Counted from the first letter of the stretch, positions 38,319 through 47,669 are shown. The stretch is 64,000 nucleotides of DNA from Candidatus Hermodarchaeota archaeon (GCA_048885925.1 JBHLLG010000004.1:19503-83502); one strand, 5' to 3'. The notes: generated by a model not told the origin, from the letters alone. Numbers and translations: made by a program.

Positions 38319-38654
38319 TTAAGTTAAAGTATCAATAACATCGACATCTCTTATATCTTTGAATTTTTCTTTGTAAAGAGTTCCTACTATTGAATTTATG
38401 CTCGATAGAAGAGTAAAAACATCCAAATTCTTTATCTTATAATATTTTACATTATCCTTCTTCTCAAAATCTATAATATTGTTTTCTGAGAGCATATTAA
38501 GATGTTTAGAAATAGTTGATTGAGATCTTCTTAATTCTTTTTGAATTTCTGATGAATTTTTATTATTTTTTCTTAATATGTCTAAAATTTTTAATCTTGT
38601 TGGATGGGCTAACAGCTTCAAAAATTCAATAGTATATTTTCTTAATTCACTCAT
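38319..38654 (-). CDS. ArsR/SmtB-family winged-HTH regulator
   Basis: LKLLAHPTRLKILDIL...SQSTISKHLNML. Confidence 0.85.
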   Translation of the reverse strand: MSELRKYTIEFLKLLAHPTRLKILDILRKNNKNSSEIQKELRRSQSTISKHLNMLSENNIIDFEKKDNVKYYKIKNLDVFTLLSSINSIVGTLYKEKFKDIRDVDVIDTLT

Positions 38655-38846
38655 CGATTTATTATAAGATTTTTTTTACTAGTTTTTAAAGCTTATTTTA
38701 ATGGTTTATTAATGTTGCTTTATTAATAGGAGAAACACAAAGATTTAAATATGATGAAATCGTAATATTCTTATATCGTGGTATCGCGATTTATGAATAC
38801 CTTATCTTCAATATTAAATGAAGAAAAAAAACTATTTTGAGAGAAA

Positions 38847-39374
38847 ATGATAAGCGAGAAAATAGGAATTGATGATATTGATTGCAAAATTATGGATTTA
38901 ATTCAGAGAGCGCCAAATCTTACTCACACAGAAATAGCAGAACATGTGAATCGTAGTCAACCAACTGTAGGTATGAGAATTAAGAAGCTTGAAAAATTAG
39001 GTGTTTTAAAATATCAAGCGGGTATAAACATAAAAGAAGCAGATCTCTGTTTTGCAAGGATTGAACTTCAAACAAAGAATCCAGATAATGCTATTGAAAA
39101 AATAAAGAAATGTCCTTTTCTTTTAAATGCATTTCGATTATCCGGAGACTCAAATATTAGTATTTTAACTATAGGCTTAAATGTTAAAGATCTTGATAGA
39201 ATTGTAAATCAAAATTTTAGAAATGACCCTGATGTTATTGATGTCCATATTGATGTAATTTCTGATATTGTAAATGATTTTGTCTTGCCAATGGACCTAC
39301 AGCTTGAATATGGAGAATTAGTATTACATAAGAATTGCTGTGGTAAATGTAATTGTAAAAGCAGAATTTGTTAA
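38847..39374 (+). CDS. Lrp/AsnC-like regulator with C-terminal Cys-rich tail (paralog A)
   Basis: HTH NLTHTEIAEHVNRSQPTVGMRIKKLE, RAM-like domain CPFLLNAFRLSGD, tail CCGKCNCKSRIC. Confidence 0.8.
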   Translation: MISEKIGIDDIDCKIMDLIQRAPNLTHTEIAEHVNRSQPTVGMRIKKLEKLGVLKYQAGINIKEADLCFARIELQTKNPDNAIEKIKKCPFLLNAFRLSGDSNISILTIGLNVKDLDRIVNQNFRNDPDVIDVHIDVISDIVNDFVLPMDLQLEYGELVLHKNCCGKCNCKSRIC

Positions 39375-39389
39375 AAGAATTCAATAAAT

Positions 39390-39520
39390 TTAATCTATTT
39401 TTAAATCTTTAAATTTATATAACGTATTACAGATGTGATATTTTTCAGATCCATCCTTAAGATTTTCAACTATAATAGATTTGGGTGTAGAATCTTTATC
39501 AATATATCTTGGTTGTCTAA
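39390..39520 (-). pseudogene. Decayed copy of the small 2x[4Fe-4S] ferredoxin gene
   Basis: The DNA aligns with 41517-41640. Translation ...YIDKDSTPKSIIVENLKDGSEKYHICNTLYKFKDLKID compares with intact ...INKDSTPKCVVVEDREDRCVKCHICTTACKLKALRID. Five of six Cys are lost, and there is no start or N-terminal half. Confidence 0.45.
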
Positions 39521-39578
39521 TTTACTCATTAAGATTATTCAAATAAAAGATTTTAACAATAAACAACAAATCTGACTG

Positions 39579-40676
39579 TTAGAAGAAGTTACATCCATAA
39601 CATCTCTCATTACTATATGCTTCACATCTTAAGCAATTTCTACCACATGGAGTATCTCGATTATCAATGTCAAATAAATTAATCGGGAAAAATTCTGGTT
39701 TAGATAAATCAGATGCAAATATAATTTCTGTTGAATTAATTTGGTTTTTATCAACTAATAGACAATAATTAATAAAACTATTCAAATCATCAATATTTCT
39801 CCCAATTATTCCAAATTTTAGATGAAATCGTCCTGTTATTCTTGATATTAGAAACACTCTGGGACATTTTGTAAATATGCTAACGAACTTTTCAATATAG
39901 TCATAATTTTTTAATTCAATATTAACATAAGCTGCTCTAATACCAAGCGAATTAAAATTAATATTTCCTTGAATTTTCAATGTATTAGATTCTGTTAACT
40001 TTTTAATTCGGTTTTGTATGCCTGTATGACTCATTTCTAAATTTTTTGCCATTAAAGGTTTGCTTTCTCTTCCATCTAAATGTAATTGAAGGAGAATATG
40101 TTTATCAATATTATCTAATTTTATCACTTTATCTTCCCAATCTCTTTTTTTTTTAAGTTTTTTCAGTTCTTCTAATTGCTTTTTTCCCTCTAATCTGGCA
40201 TATAAAATAGGAGAAATATATTCTGCAATTTTCTCTAATCCTTTAACATCTTCTTTTGTATAATTTGATTTCTTATTAGCTACACTAATCATTCCAATAA
40301 CTCTCTTTTGATATAATAAAGGTACTGCTATCGCCCGATTCATAGGAATATGGCCTTCAGGTGGATTCAAAGGTTGATTGGATTGAAATGTTTTTCCCTG
40401 TACTATAGATCTAGCCCAAAGTCCGTTACTATTAGCCCAATCTCCACGAGGAAAAGCAATGTCTTTACTAGGAATTTCGCATCTTTCCCATACTTCCTTA
40501 GTAAATGAAGGTAAAACCAAATCACCATCTTCCTTTATATAACCAAAAATACCATAATCGCTCTCAATTACAGAAAGTATAATGGTTAAAACTTTAGAAT
40601 AAACTCGATCATCCTCAAATCTAGTAAATGTTTCAATAATTTTATCTCTGATTTTTATTCCTAATTTTGGACTCAT
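39579..40676 (-). CDS. GAF domain fused to Lrp-like HTH/RAM module with Cys-rich tail (paralog E)
   Basis: The N-terminal ~165 aa is GAF-like (GIFGYI...AVPLLYQKRVIGMISVANK). Then the HTH (SHTGIQNRIKKL), CPRVFLISRITG, and tail PCGRNCLRCEAYSNERCYGC. Confidence 0.75.
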   Translation of the reverse strand: MSPKLGIKIRDKIIETFTRFEDDRVYSKVLTIILSVIESDYGIFGYIKEDGDLVLPSFTKEVWERCEIPSKDIAFPRGDWANSNGLWARSIVQGKTFQSNQPLNPPEGHIPMNRAIAVPLLYQKRVIGMISVANKKSNYTKEDVKGLEKIAEYISPILYARLEGKKQLEELKKLKKKRDWEDKVIKLDNIDKHILLQLHLDGRESKPLMAKNLEMSHTGIQNRIKKLTESNTLKIQGNINFNSLGIRAAYVNIELKNYDYIEKFVSIFTKCPRVFLISRITGRFHLKFGIIGRNIDDLNSFINYCLLVDKNQINSTEIIFASDLSKPEFFPINLFDIDNRDTPCGRNCLRCEAYSNERCYGCNFF

Positions 40677-40984
40677 TTATTGAAATTGCTCTTTTATCAC
40701 TTTTATAAAATATAGACAAGAGTGTTACTTTTCATCATTTAAAAAAGATTTATGTTAATATAAATAAGTAAAGTAATTATATAAAGACATTAATTTAGAC
40801 AATCTTACCGACATTTTTGAGTTAATAATTTTTGACAAAAAGTTCAACTTAGGCATAATGAAGCTTTTTCTTTTTTTTTAGTTTCATTTTGAAAGTAAAA
40901 AATGAATAAAGCTTTATAAATGAAAGCGATCTATATTTTAAATAATAAGTCAAAGTTTTTACTCACAAAATTAAGTGATTGTTG

Positions 40985-41506
40985 ATGATAGCTGAAAAAA
41001 TGGGCGTAGATGATATCGATTGCAGAATAATCGATTTACTACAGAAAGAACCAAATCTTACACATTATCAAATTGCAGAATATGTAAATCGTAGTCAACC
41101 TACGGTAGGAACACGAATAAAAAGGCTTGAAAAAATTGGAGTATTAAAATATCAAGCTGGAATAAATTTGAAAGAAGCAGATCTCTGTTTTGCTCGAATT
41201 GAGCTTCAATCAAAAAAGCCAGAAAGAACAATTGAAATCGTGAAAAATTGCCCATTTTTACTGAATGCTATAAGGTTGAGTGGTGATATAAATATTAGTA
41301 TTATAAGCGTAGGATTAAATTATCTAGATATCGACCATATTGTTAATTGCCATTTTCGAAATGACCCAGATGTGGTTAGCGTCCACATCGATATAATCGC
41401 TGATGTTCTTCATGACCTTGTTTTACCAATAGACTTAAATCTTGAATATGGAGAATTAGATTTACGAAATATGTGTAATGAAAGATGTAGGTACTATTCT
41501 TTATAA
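40985..41506 (+). CDS. Lrp/AsnC-like regulator with C-terminal Cys tail (paralog B)
   Basis: About 70 percent identical by eye to paralog A. The ATG at 40985 matches the paralog N-termini (MIAEKMG vs MISEKIG). Confidence 0.8.
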   Translation: MIAEKMGVDDIDCRIIDLLQKEPNLTHYQIAEYVNRSQPTVGTRIKRLEKIGVLKYQAGINLKEADLCFARIELQSKKPERTIEIVKNCPFLLNAIRLSGDINISIISVGLNYLDIDHIVNCHFRNDPDVVSVHIDIIADVLHDLVLPIDLNLEYGELDLRNMCNERCRYYSL

Positions 41507-41516
41507 TAATAGGAAT

Positions 41517-41756
41517 TCAATCTATTCTTAACGCCTTCAATTTACATGCTGTAGTACAGATGTGACATTTTACACATCTATCTTCGCGATCTTCAACTAC
41601 AACACATTTAGGTGTAGAATCTTTATTAATAACCTCATAGATTCCTCTAAAACATGCTTCTTCGCAAGAAAAATCTTTGCATTGTTCACATTTGGAGGTA
41701 TCTATATGATGGAATTTATAACTTTCAATAGTGACTGGATCGTCTGCTTCACTCAT
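41517..41756 (-). CDS. Small 2x[4Fe-4S] ferredoxin-like protein
   Basis: CEQCKDFSCEEAC and CVKCHICTTAC motifs, 79 aa. Convergent with paralog B, with stops 10 nt apart. Confidence 0.75.
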   Translation of the reverse strand: MSEADDPVTIESYKFHHIDTSKCEQCKDFSCEEACFRGIYEVINKDSTPKCVVVEDREDRCVKCHICTTACKLKALRID

Positions 41757-41877
41757 TATGATTATTCAAATAAATAACTCTTTTTATCTATTAAGGTTAT
41801 ATTCAATAACAAAGTCTCTTAATTTAAGAATAAGTTTAACCTTAATATTATTGATTACAGATTTTAAAACAAGATTC

Positions 41878-42546
41878 ATGGAATATTGTAAAAAAGTTCT
41901 TTTTGAAATACCAAACCTTATGAAAGGTAAATTTGTATCAAGACCAAATAGATTTATAGGAGAAATTATGTACAACGGACAGATTGAAACTGCTCATATA
42001 CATGATCCTGGCAGATTGAAGGAATTACTTATTAAAGGAGTGGAAGTGTTATTTACACATTCACAGGGTAAATTGAAATATTATATTAAAGCTGTTCATA
42101 CCAACAACGAATGGGTCCTTATTGATACCGCATTACATTCCAAGATTGCAATGAAAGTATTTGAGTATTTACCCGAAATTTCAAATGTGAAAGAAATTAA
42201 AAAAGAAGTAAAAATAGGTAATAGTAGATTAGATTTTTTACTTGACCACACACCATTAGAAGTAAAAGGTGTAACATTAGTAAAGGATGATATAGCCCTT
42301 TTTCCTGATGCTCCTACTGAGCGTGGAGCAAGACATGTAAAAGAAATTATAGAGCATAATGGAATTATATTATTTTTAATTCTACGTAAAGCTAAAAAAT
42401 TCAAACCATATCTAAAGATGGATCCTAAATTTTCAAAAATTTTAAGCCAAGCAAGAAAAAAACGTATTAAAATTTTTGCCGTTCGAGTCAGTTTTGATGG
42501 AAAAACTATCTATTACAATGGGAGAATACCCTTAGATGATTTTTAA
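41878..42546 (+). CDS. sfsA: SfsA-family nuclease/DNA-binding protein
   Basis: GKFVSRPNRF, AHIHDPGRLKELL, SRLDFLL, LEVKGVTL, FPDAPTERGARHV. The start is taken at the in-frame ATG 41878, because the longer ORF-track start overlaps the ferredoxin gene. Confidence 0.85.
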   Translation: MEYCKKVLFEIPNLMKGKFVSRPNRFIGEIMYNGQIETAHIHDPGRLKELLIKGVEVLFTHSQGKLKYYIKAVHTNNEWVLIDTALHSKIAMKVFEYLPEISNVKEIKKEVKIGNSRLDFLLDHTPLEVKGVTLVKDDIALFPDAPTERGARHVKEIIEHNGIILFLILRKAKKFKPYLKMDPKFSKILSQARKKRIKIFAVRVSFDGKTIYYNGRIPLDDF

Positions 42547-42693
42547 TCAGCTTGTAAAAAAAATTGTTCATTTATTTGTGATTAGAACTTAAAATAATAA
42601 ATACTAATTTTTTATAAATTTATACTAATATTTTATAAATTGTAACCATTATAAATTATTAGAAAAGAAAGAAAATTATCTTTCGTGATTTTT

Positions 42694-43242
42694 ATGATTT
42701 CAGAAAAATTAAAGCTTGATGATATAGATAGGCAAATTATTTCTCTTGTTCAAGAGGATCCAAACCTGACACACACAGAGATAGCTACTAAAATAAATAG
42801 ATCGCAACCAACTGTCGGTATGCGTATAAAGAAGCTGGAAAAAAACGGAATATTGCAATTCCAGCCGGGAATCAATTTTAAGAAAGTTGATTTAAATCTC
42901 GCCACAGTTGAGATAAATTCTAATAATCCTGAAGAAATTATGGATATGGCTAAACACTGTCCTTTTATGCTCAATGCATTTAAACTCACTGGTGATCATA
43001 ATGTTTGTATTTTACTTGCTAGTTCAAAGCTTCAAAAGCTTGATAATATTGTAAATTACCATTTTCGGAATAATCCTGATATAAGCAGTGTTTCTATGGA
43101 AATTGTCCTTGATTTTGCAAAGGATTTCGTTTTACCAATTGATTTTGATTCGGAAGAACATGATCCAACCTTGGAAAATGGTTGTGGGGAAGCATGTAAA
43201 TATAAAATTGCCAAAGCAAAAGGTTTGGTAAAAAATTCTTAA
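42694..43242 (+). CDS. Lrp/AsnC-like regulator with C-terminal Cys motif (paralog C)
   Basis: NLTHTEIATKINRSQPTVGMRIKKLE, CPFMLNAFKLTGD, tail GCGEAC. The ATG at 42694 matches the paralog N-termini. Confidence 0.8.
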   Translation: MISEKLKLDDIDRQIISLVQEDPNLTHTEIATKINRSQPTVGMRIKKLEKNGILQFQPGINFKKVDLNLATVEINSNNPEEIMDMAKHCPFMLNAFKLTGDHNVCILLASSKLQKLDNIVNYHFRNNPDISSVSMEIVLDFAKDFVLPIDFDSEEHDPTLENGCGEACKYKIAKAKGLVKNS

Positions 43243-43316
43243 GAGTTAATATGTTTTATTAACTTTTTATGATTTTATTTAATTTCCATAATAAAGTAAA
43301 TTAGAATAAAAAATAG

Positions 43317-43892
43317 TTAATCTACTTCTTCCTTATCTTCTTGAGTAAATTTAAATTTTGGAAGATCAGCTTTCATCGAGCAATCTGGCCCACAATATCT
43401 TCCATCGAAATTCTCAATTTGAAAATCTATAGGGACAACAAAATCATGAATTGCTTCAATCAAGATGTTTGTTTTTACATTAATCACATTTTTATCTCTT
43501 CGAAAACATAAATCTACAAGTTTTTCAATAGTTTGTAAGTCTGAAGCAGCGATAAAGCATAGTAGGTTAAACTCCCCAGAAATTTTAAATGCGTGATTGA
43601 TAAATGGGCAGTTTTCAATCTTTTTAACGATATTGTCAACATCTTTAGTAGATATGTAAACAATCGCAACTTTTATATCAACTTTCCTTATATTGAAACC
43701 TACTTGTTTAGTAAGCAAATTCTTTCTCTCTAATTTAATAATCCGAGCACCTACAGCTGGTTGAGATTTATCTATTTCTTTAGCAATATCACTATGAGTT
43801 ATATCTGGATTTTTTTCAATCATTTCGATGATTTTCTTATCGTCATTGTCTATGCTTAGTAACTCATTAAAATTTTTTTTCTTCATATCCAT
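43317..43892 (-). CDS. Lrp/AsnC-like regulator with C-terminal Cys motif (paralog D)
   Basis: DITHSDIAKEIDKSQPAVGARIIKLE, CPFINHAFKISGE, tail YCGPDC. Confidence 0.75.
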   Translation of the reverse strand: MDMKKKNFNELLSIDNDDKKIIEMIEKNPDITHSDIAKEIDKSQPAVGARIIKLERKNLLTKQVGFNIRKVDIKVAIVYISTKDVDNIVKKIENCPFINHAFKISGEFNLLCFIAASDLQTIEKLVDLCFRRDKNVINVKTNILIEAIHDFVVPIDFQIENFDGRYCGPDCSMKADLPKFKFTQEDKEEVD

Positions 43893-44050
43893 TATATTTC
43901 ATAACCTCAAATTAATTTAAACTTAGTTTTAATAAATATAAATCTTTATAAAGAGTCCAATTTAAGTAAATAAGAAAACTCATACTATTTATTTTGTTTT
44001 ATAAATTTCAGATTTTTACACGACTTTAAGATTAAAACTATTGTATTTAA

Positions 44051-45013
44051 TTACAAAACATTTGTAAAGATGTTAATAATAATTATTATTGTAGAAAATC
44101 CAATTAATCCAATTAAGAATTTCATTGGATTTCCCTTCTCTTTTTCAGGGATGACTTCCCTTACAATAACATATAAAATTACCCCAGAGATGAAAGAATA
44201 GAATATAAACAGAAGTTCTAAATTAACGGGTATAAATGAATTTATTATTAATCCAATTAAAATACCGGTTAGCGCGGAACCACAGGATATGTACATAAGA
44301 ATCGGTTTTTTCTCAAGTCTTTTTTCTTCATAGATTTCCAAATCGGTAAATATAAGATGTGCTTCAGATCTTTTTGTAACAACAGTTCTAAAAAAGGCAT
44401 AGATAAAGAAAAGTATGCCTCCAACAAGCTCAATGATTAATAATCCTATTAAAATAATACCAACAAGAAAGTGGTAAATATAGTCTGTTATAAATCTAAA
44501 TCTCGTTAAATCTTCATTAACATGGTTTTGAATTTTTATTTTGTAATTGTTTATTTCTATTTTCATTCCTTCTTCTTGTTCATTTAATTCAGATAATGTT
44601 CGAGCTATTTCTTTTAATGCGGGTTCGTCTAAATTTTCGCGTGTTAATTCTTGAGTTAGAATTTTTTCCATATTTCGCTCAACACTTTCTAATACTTTTT
44701 CTTTTGCGAGCAATTTCCTCATTTTTTTTTGAGTATGTATTTCAACTTTCTGTAGAATAAGCTTTTCACTTAGATGAATAAAAGAAAACCCAATTAGTAC
44801 AAAGAGATATTCGAATAATTTTAATTCGAAAGGAAAAACTGGTAATCTTTCGGCAATTTCAGGAAGGACTATAAGGAAAAAATACGACACTGATATTCCG
44901 GCAATTAAAGACGCATGTGCTTGAATAAGTTTTTGCTCAAAATAATCTGCGATAAAAAAAAAAATACCAAATACTATAGCAAGAATTGTAACTATTATTA
45001 AATTAACACTCAT
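44051..45013 (-). CDS. Hypothetical membrane protein with central coiled-coil loop (possibly ZIP-like metal transporter)
   Basis: Hydrophobic N- and C-terminal bundles around a charged ~90-aa loop. The family call is weak. Confidence 0.35.
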   Translation of the reverse strand: MSVNLIIVTILAIVFGIFFFIADYFEQKLIQAHASLIAGISVSYFFLIVLPEIAERLPVFPFELKLFEYLFVLIGFSFIHLSEKLILQKVEIHTQKKMRKLLAKEKVLESVERNMEKILTQELTRENLDEPALKEIARTLSELNEQEEGMKIEINNYKIKIQNHVNEDLTRFRFITDYIYHFLVGIILIGLLIIELVGGILFFIYAFFRTVVTKRSEAHLIFTDLEIYEEKRLEKKPILMYISCGSALTGILIGLIINSFIPVNLELLFIFYSFISGVILYVIVREVIPEKEKGNPMKFLIGLIGFSTIIIIINIFTNVL

Positions 45014-45126
45014 TAATATTGAAAATAGATTTAAAATTTTATAAATGTGTAGTAATAAATTAAATTATAATATTTGTTCTGATTTTAATAAAAATATAGG
45101 AAATAAAGTTTCACAGGTGTAATTTC

Positions 45127-46002
45127 ATAGAGTTCCTAATAATCACTTCAGCTGAAGATAAAGCGTCAATGAATATACGAAAAAATTTTTTAAACTCTAA
45201 ATTCTACAATTTCGAAGATATGAATTTTACCTGGCATAACAATCCAGTCTTTAAATTGAAAACTGATGTTCCTGAAAATAAAATATTTCTTGGGCTTACA
45301 GATGATTCTTTGATATTTTTAAATTCTCTAAAGTTAGATGATTCCGAGTTAAATCCAGATTTACTTATTTTTGCTAGTCGCCACACCTCAGAAACAGGTC
45401 GACCAGCATTTTTAGTACATACAACGGGGAATTGGAGCACAGAAGCGGATTTTGGAGGAGATCCTCGTGAATTATCAAAAACAAGCGCATTATTACAGAA
45501 AGCGGCAGTTTTTTCATTTGCTGAACAAGAATTTCCAACACAATTAAAAAATTTCTCTCTTGATATTGAAGTCACACATCATGGACCTACAAATTTGGAG
45601 AAACCATTGATATTTATGGAATTGGGAAGCAGTGAAGTTGAATGGATTATGAATAACGCCGGAGAGTTAATTACAAAATCAATCATTACTACCATATTCA
45701 AATATTTAGAATGTAGGGAAAGAAGGATTGGAAATATCGGATTAGGATTCGGTGGAACTCATTATGCTCCAAATTTTCATCGATTGATTAAAAATAAAGA
45801 CGTAGCAATGTCATTTATTTGTCCTAAATATTATATACAACAATTGGATGAAGAATTAATAAATAAAATGATTAATAATACTCTTGAAAAGGTTGATTAT
45901 TTCATAATAGATTGGAAAGGTACTAATTCTGATGATAAGAAATATCTAATACCTCTTTTGGAAAATTTCAAAATCCCGATAAGGAAGACAAAAGAGTTCT
46001 AA
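45127..46002 (+). CDS. dtdA: D-aminoacyl-tRNA deacylase, archaeal DTD2 type
   Basis: FASRHTSETGRPAFLVHTTGNW, EVTHHGPT, FMELGSSEVEW, GGTHYAP. The first ATG is at 45169, but the conserved N-terminal strand (FLIITSAEDKAS) is encoded in frame upstream. 45127 is an ATA preceded by AGGTG. Confidence 0.8.
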   Translation: MEFLIITSAEDKASMNIRKNFLNSKFYNFEDMNFTWHNNPVFKLKTDVPENKIFLGLTDDSLIFLNSLKLDDSELNPDLLIFASRHTSETGRPAFLVHTTGNWSTEADFGGDPRELSKTSALLQKAAVFSFAEQEFPTQLKNFSLDIEVTHHGPTNLEKPLIFMELGSSEVEWIMNNAGELITKSIITTIFKYLECRERRIGNIGLGFGGTHYAPNFHRLIKNKDVAMSFICPKYYIQQLDEELINKMINNTLEKVDYFIIDWKGTNSDDKKYLIPLLENFKIPIRKTKEF

Positions 46003-46045
46003 ATGTTTAGAATTAATAAAATTTACCTAGGATTATTTTCTTCTT

Positions 46046-46924
46046 CTACTTCTTTTTCTCTTGTTCTTCCTTAATTTTTTCAAAATATTTTACTAAATTT
46101 TTAAAAACATAATTAGTTGCTGAAAAACCTTGAGTGGCCGTTCTTAGTAGAATTTTCTGAAGAAAATCATAATATGGCACATCCTGATCTAGAGTAACAT
46201 TTAATTCTCTAATATTGAAAAAACTCCTATAAAATAACGTTGGCCAGTCCACTAATGGTTGAAGTACTTGACTATAATGTTTTTTTCCTTCTTTACTTAG
46301 CTCTAATTCTTTTTTTAACTGATAATGATATTCATTTCCTTTTTTATTAATAAATATTATGCCATCAGATTCAATTTCTTTCATAAGATTATTAAAATCA
46401 GTTAATTTTATATCTGAAATGTTCAATTTTTTTAAATTCTCTAGTATTTCGTTGTTTGTCATACCAATTGACTTAATCATTTGATAATGTCTAGCTATTA
46501 TATTGTATTTCAATGGGACGGATTCATGATCTAATTTATTATATTGTATTAGATTGCCTAGGATTTCTTTTGATATTAGATATTTTAAAATAAGTTGATC
46601 TTCTTCCGAAAAATCCTTTTTGAATAAATCAGAATTAAGATATATACCATATAAAGTTTGTAATAATGTCTTAACTGCATAAAATCCATCAAGTGTTGCT
46701 TGTTCAACGATTTTTAAAACATTAATTCTGTATTCTATATCATTTAAGAATTTATCTTTATCAAGCGGTATTTGACGGACAATATGAGGTTTTTCATTTA
46801 AAGGCTGTAAATATTCTTCCCATTTTTTTTTTAAACGAGGAGATTGGGTTTTTACGATGGTAGAGAGTTTATATACAACATCTAAAAGTTTATTTAGAAA
46901 TTCCATTTCAGAAACCTGAGTCAT
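46046..46924 (-). CDS. Hypothetical protein with possible winged-helix segment
   Basis: Long ORF with uniform composition. No recognised catalytic motif. Confidence 0.4.
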   Translation of the reverse strand: MTQVSEMEFLNKLLDVVYKLSTIVKTQSPRLKKKWEEYLQPLNEKPHIVRQIPLDKDKFLNDIEYRINVLKIVEQATLDGFYAVKTLLQTLYGIYLNSDLFKKDFSEEDQLILKYLISKEILGNLIQYNKLDHESVPLKYNIIARHYQMIKSIGMTNNEILENLKKLNISDIKLTDFNNLMKEIESDGIIFINKKGNEYHYQLKKELELSKEGKKHYSQVLQPLVDWPTLFYRSFFNIRELNVTLDQDVPYYDFLQKILLRTATQGFSATNYVFKNLVKYFEKIKEEQEKKK

Positions 46925-47270
46925 CCTCTAAATACCTTAACCATATTTCTATTTTTTTAAATTACTAAGAATATTATCATTTATATGTTTTATAAATTTT
47001 CAATAAAAACTATAATTAATATTAATTTGAATAAACAATTATATTATTGTAGTTATTATAGAAATATTACATAATTTAAACGCCTTTTCCTTAGAAATCT
47101 TGATCAATTTTTCGCAAAATTTTATTATATATTCAATTTACAATATTTACTTTTAATTTTAAAAAATGATATAAATTATATACTAAGATCTTAAATAAAT
47201 CAATATCTGATTTTTGTCTTTATATAAATTAGGAAAAAATGAAAATTATATTAGATAAGGATTAGTTAGT

Positions 47271-47669
47271 ATGAATGAAAAAACTTTAGAACATATAGCT
47301 ATTGCTTCAAATAACGAATTTGAATCTGATAAGTTTTTTATTGAATTATTAGGTTTTGAAAAAATTAGAACTTTCACAGTCTCAGCTGAGTTGATAGAAA
47401 AATTTTTTGGTATAAGTAAAGAACATAAAATTTTAAGATATGAAAAAGGATCTCTTAGTTTTGAAGTCTTTATAACTAATGATAAAAGTAGATCAAATGA
47501 CATTTTTACACATTCTTGTTTATTAATAGAAAATCGAGATGAGTTTGTTATTAAAGCAAAATCAATGGGATTTGAGGCTATTAAAGTTCCGAGAAAAGAT
47601 AGCGATAACTATTATCTTTTTATTAAAGATAACTTTCATAATCTTTATGAAATAAAGGAAAAGGTATAA
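47271..47669 (+). CDS. Glyoxalase/VOC-family protein
   Basis: LEHIAIASNN...FFIELLGFEK and HSCLLIENRDEF follow the paired beta-alpha-beta-beta-beta VOC pattern. Confidence 0.55.
   Translation: MNEKTLEHIAIASNNEFESDKFFIELLGFEKIRTFTVSAELIEKFFGISKEHKILRYEKGSLSFEVFITNDKSRSNDIFTHSCLLIENRDEFVIKAKSMGFEAIKVPRKDSDNYYLFIKDNFHNLYEIKEKV

Noticed and set aside
41731-41877. The N-terminal 49-codon extension of the sfsA ORF (GTG 41731).
   Set aside because: It overlaps the 5' end of the convergent/divergent ferredoxin gene, is low-complexity (LRLYSITKSLNLRISLTLILL), and lies beyond the conserved SfsA N-terminus. ATG 41878 gives a normal ~222-aa SfsA.
42612-42657. Three copies of TTATAAATT (42612, 42633, 42649) upstream of Lrp-like paralog C, as a possible operator array.
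   Set aside because: The motif is indistinguishable from TATA-box-like sequence expected by chance in such AT-rich intergenic DNA. The spacing is irregular (21 and 16 nt), and there is no equivalent array upstream of the other paralogs.
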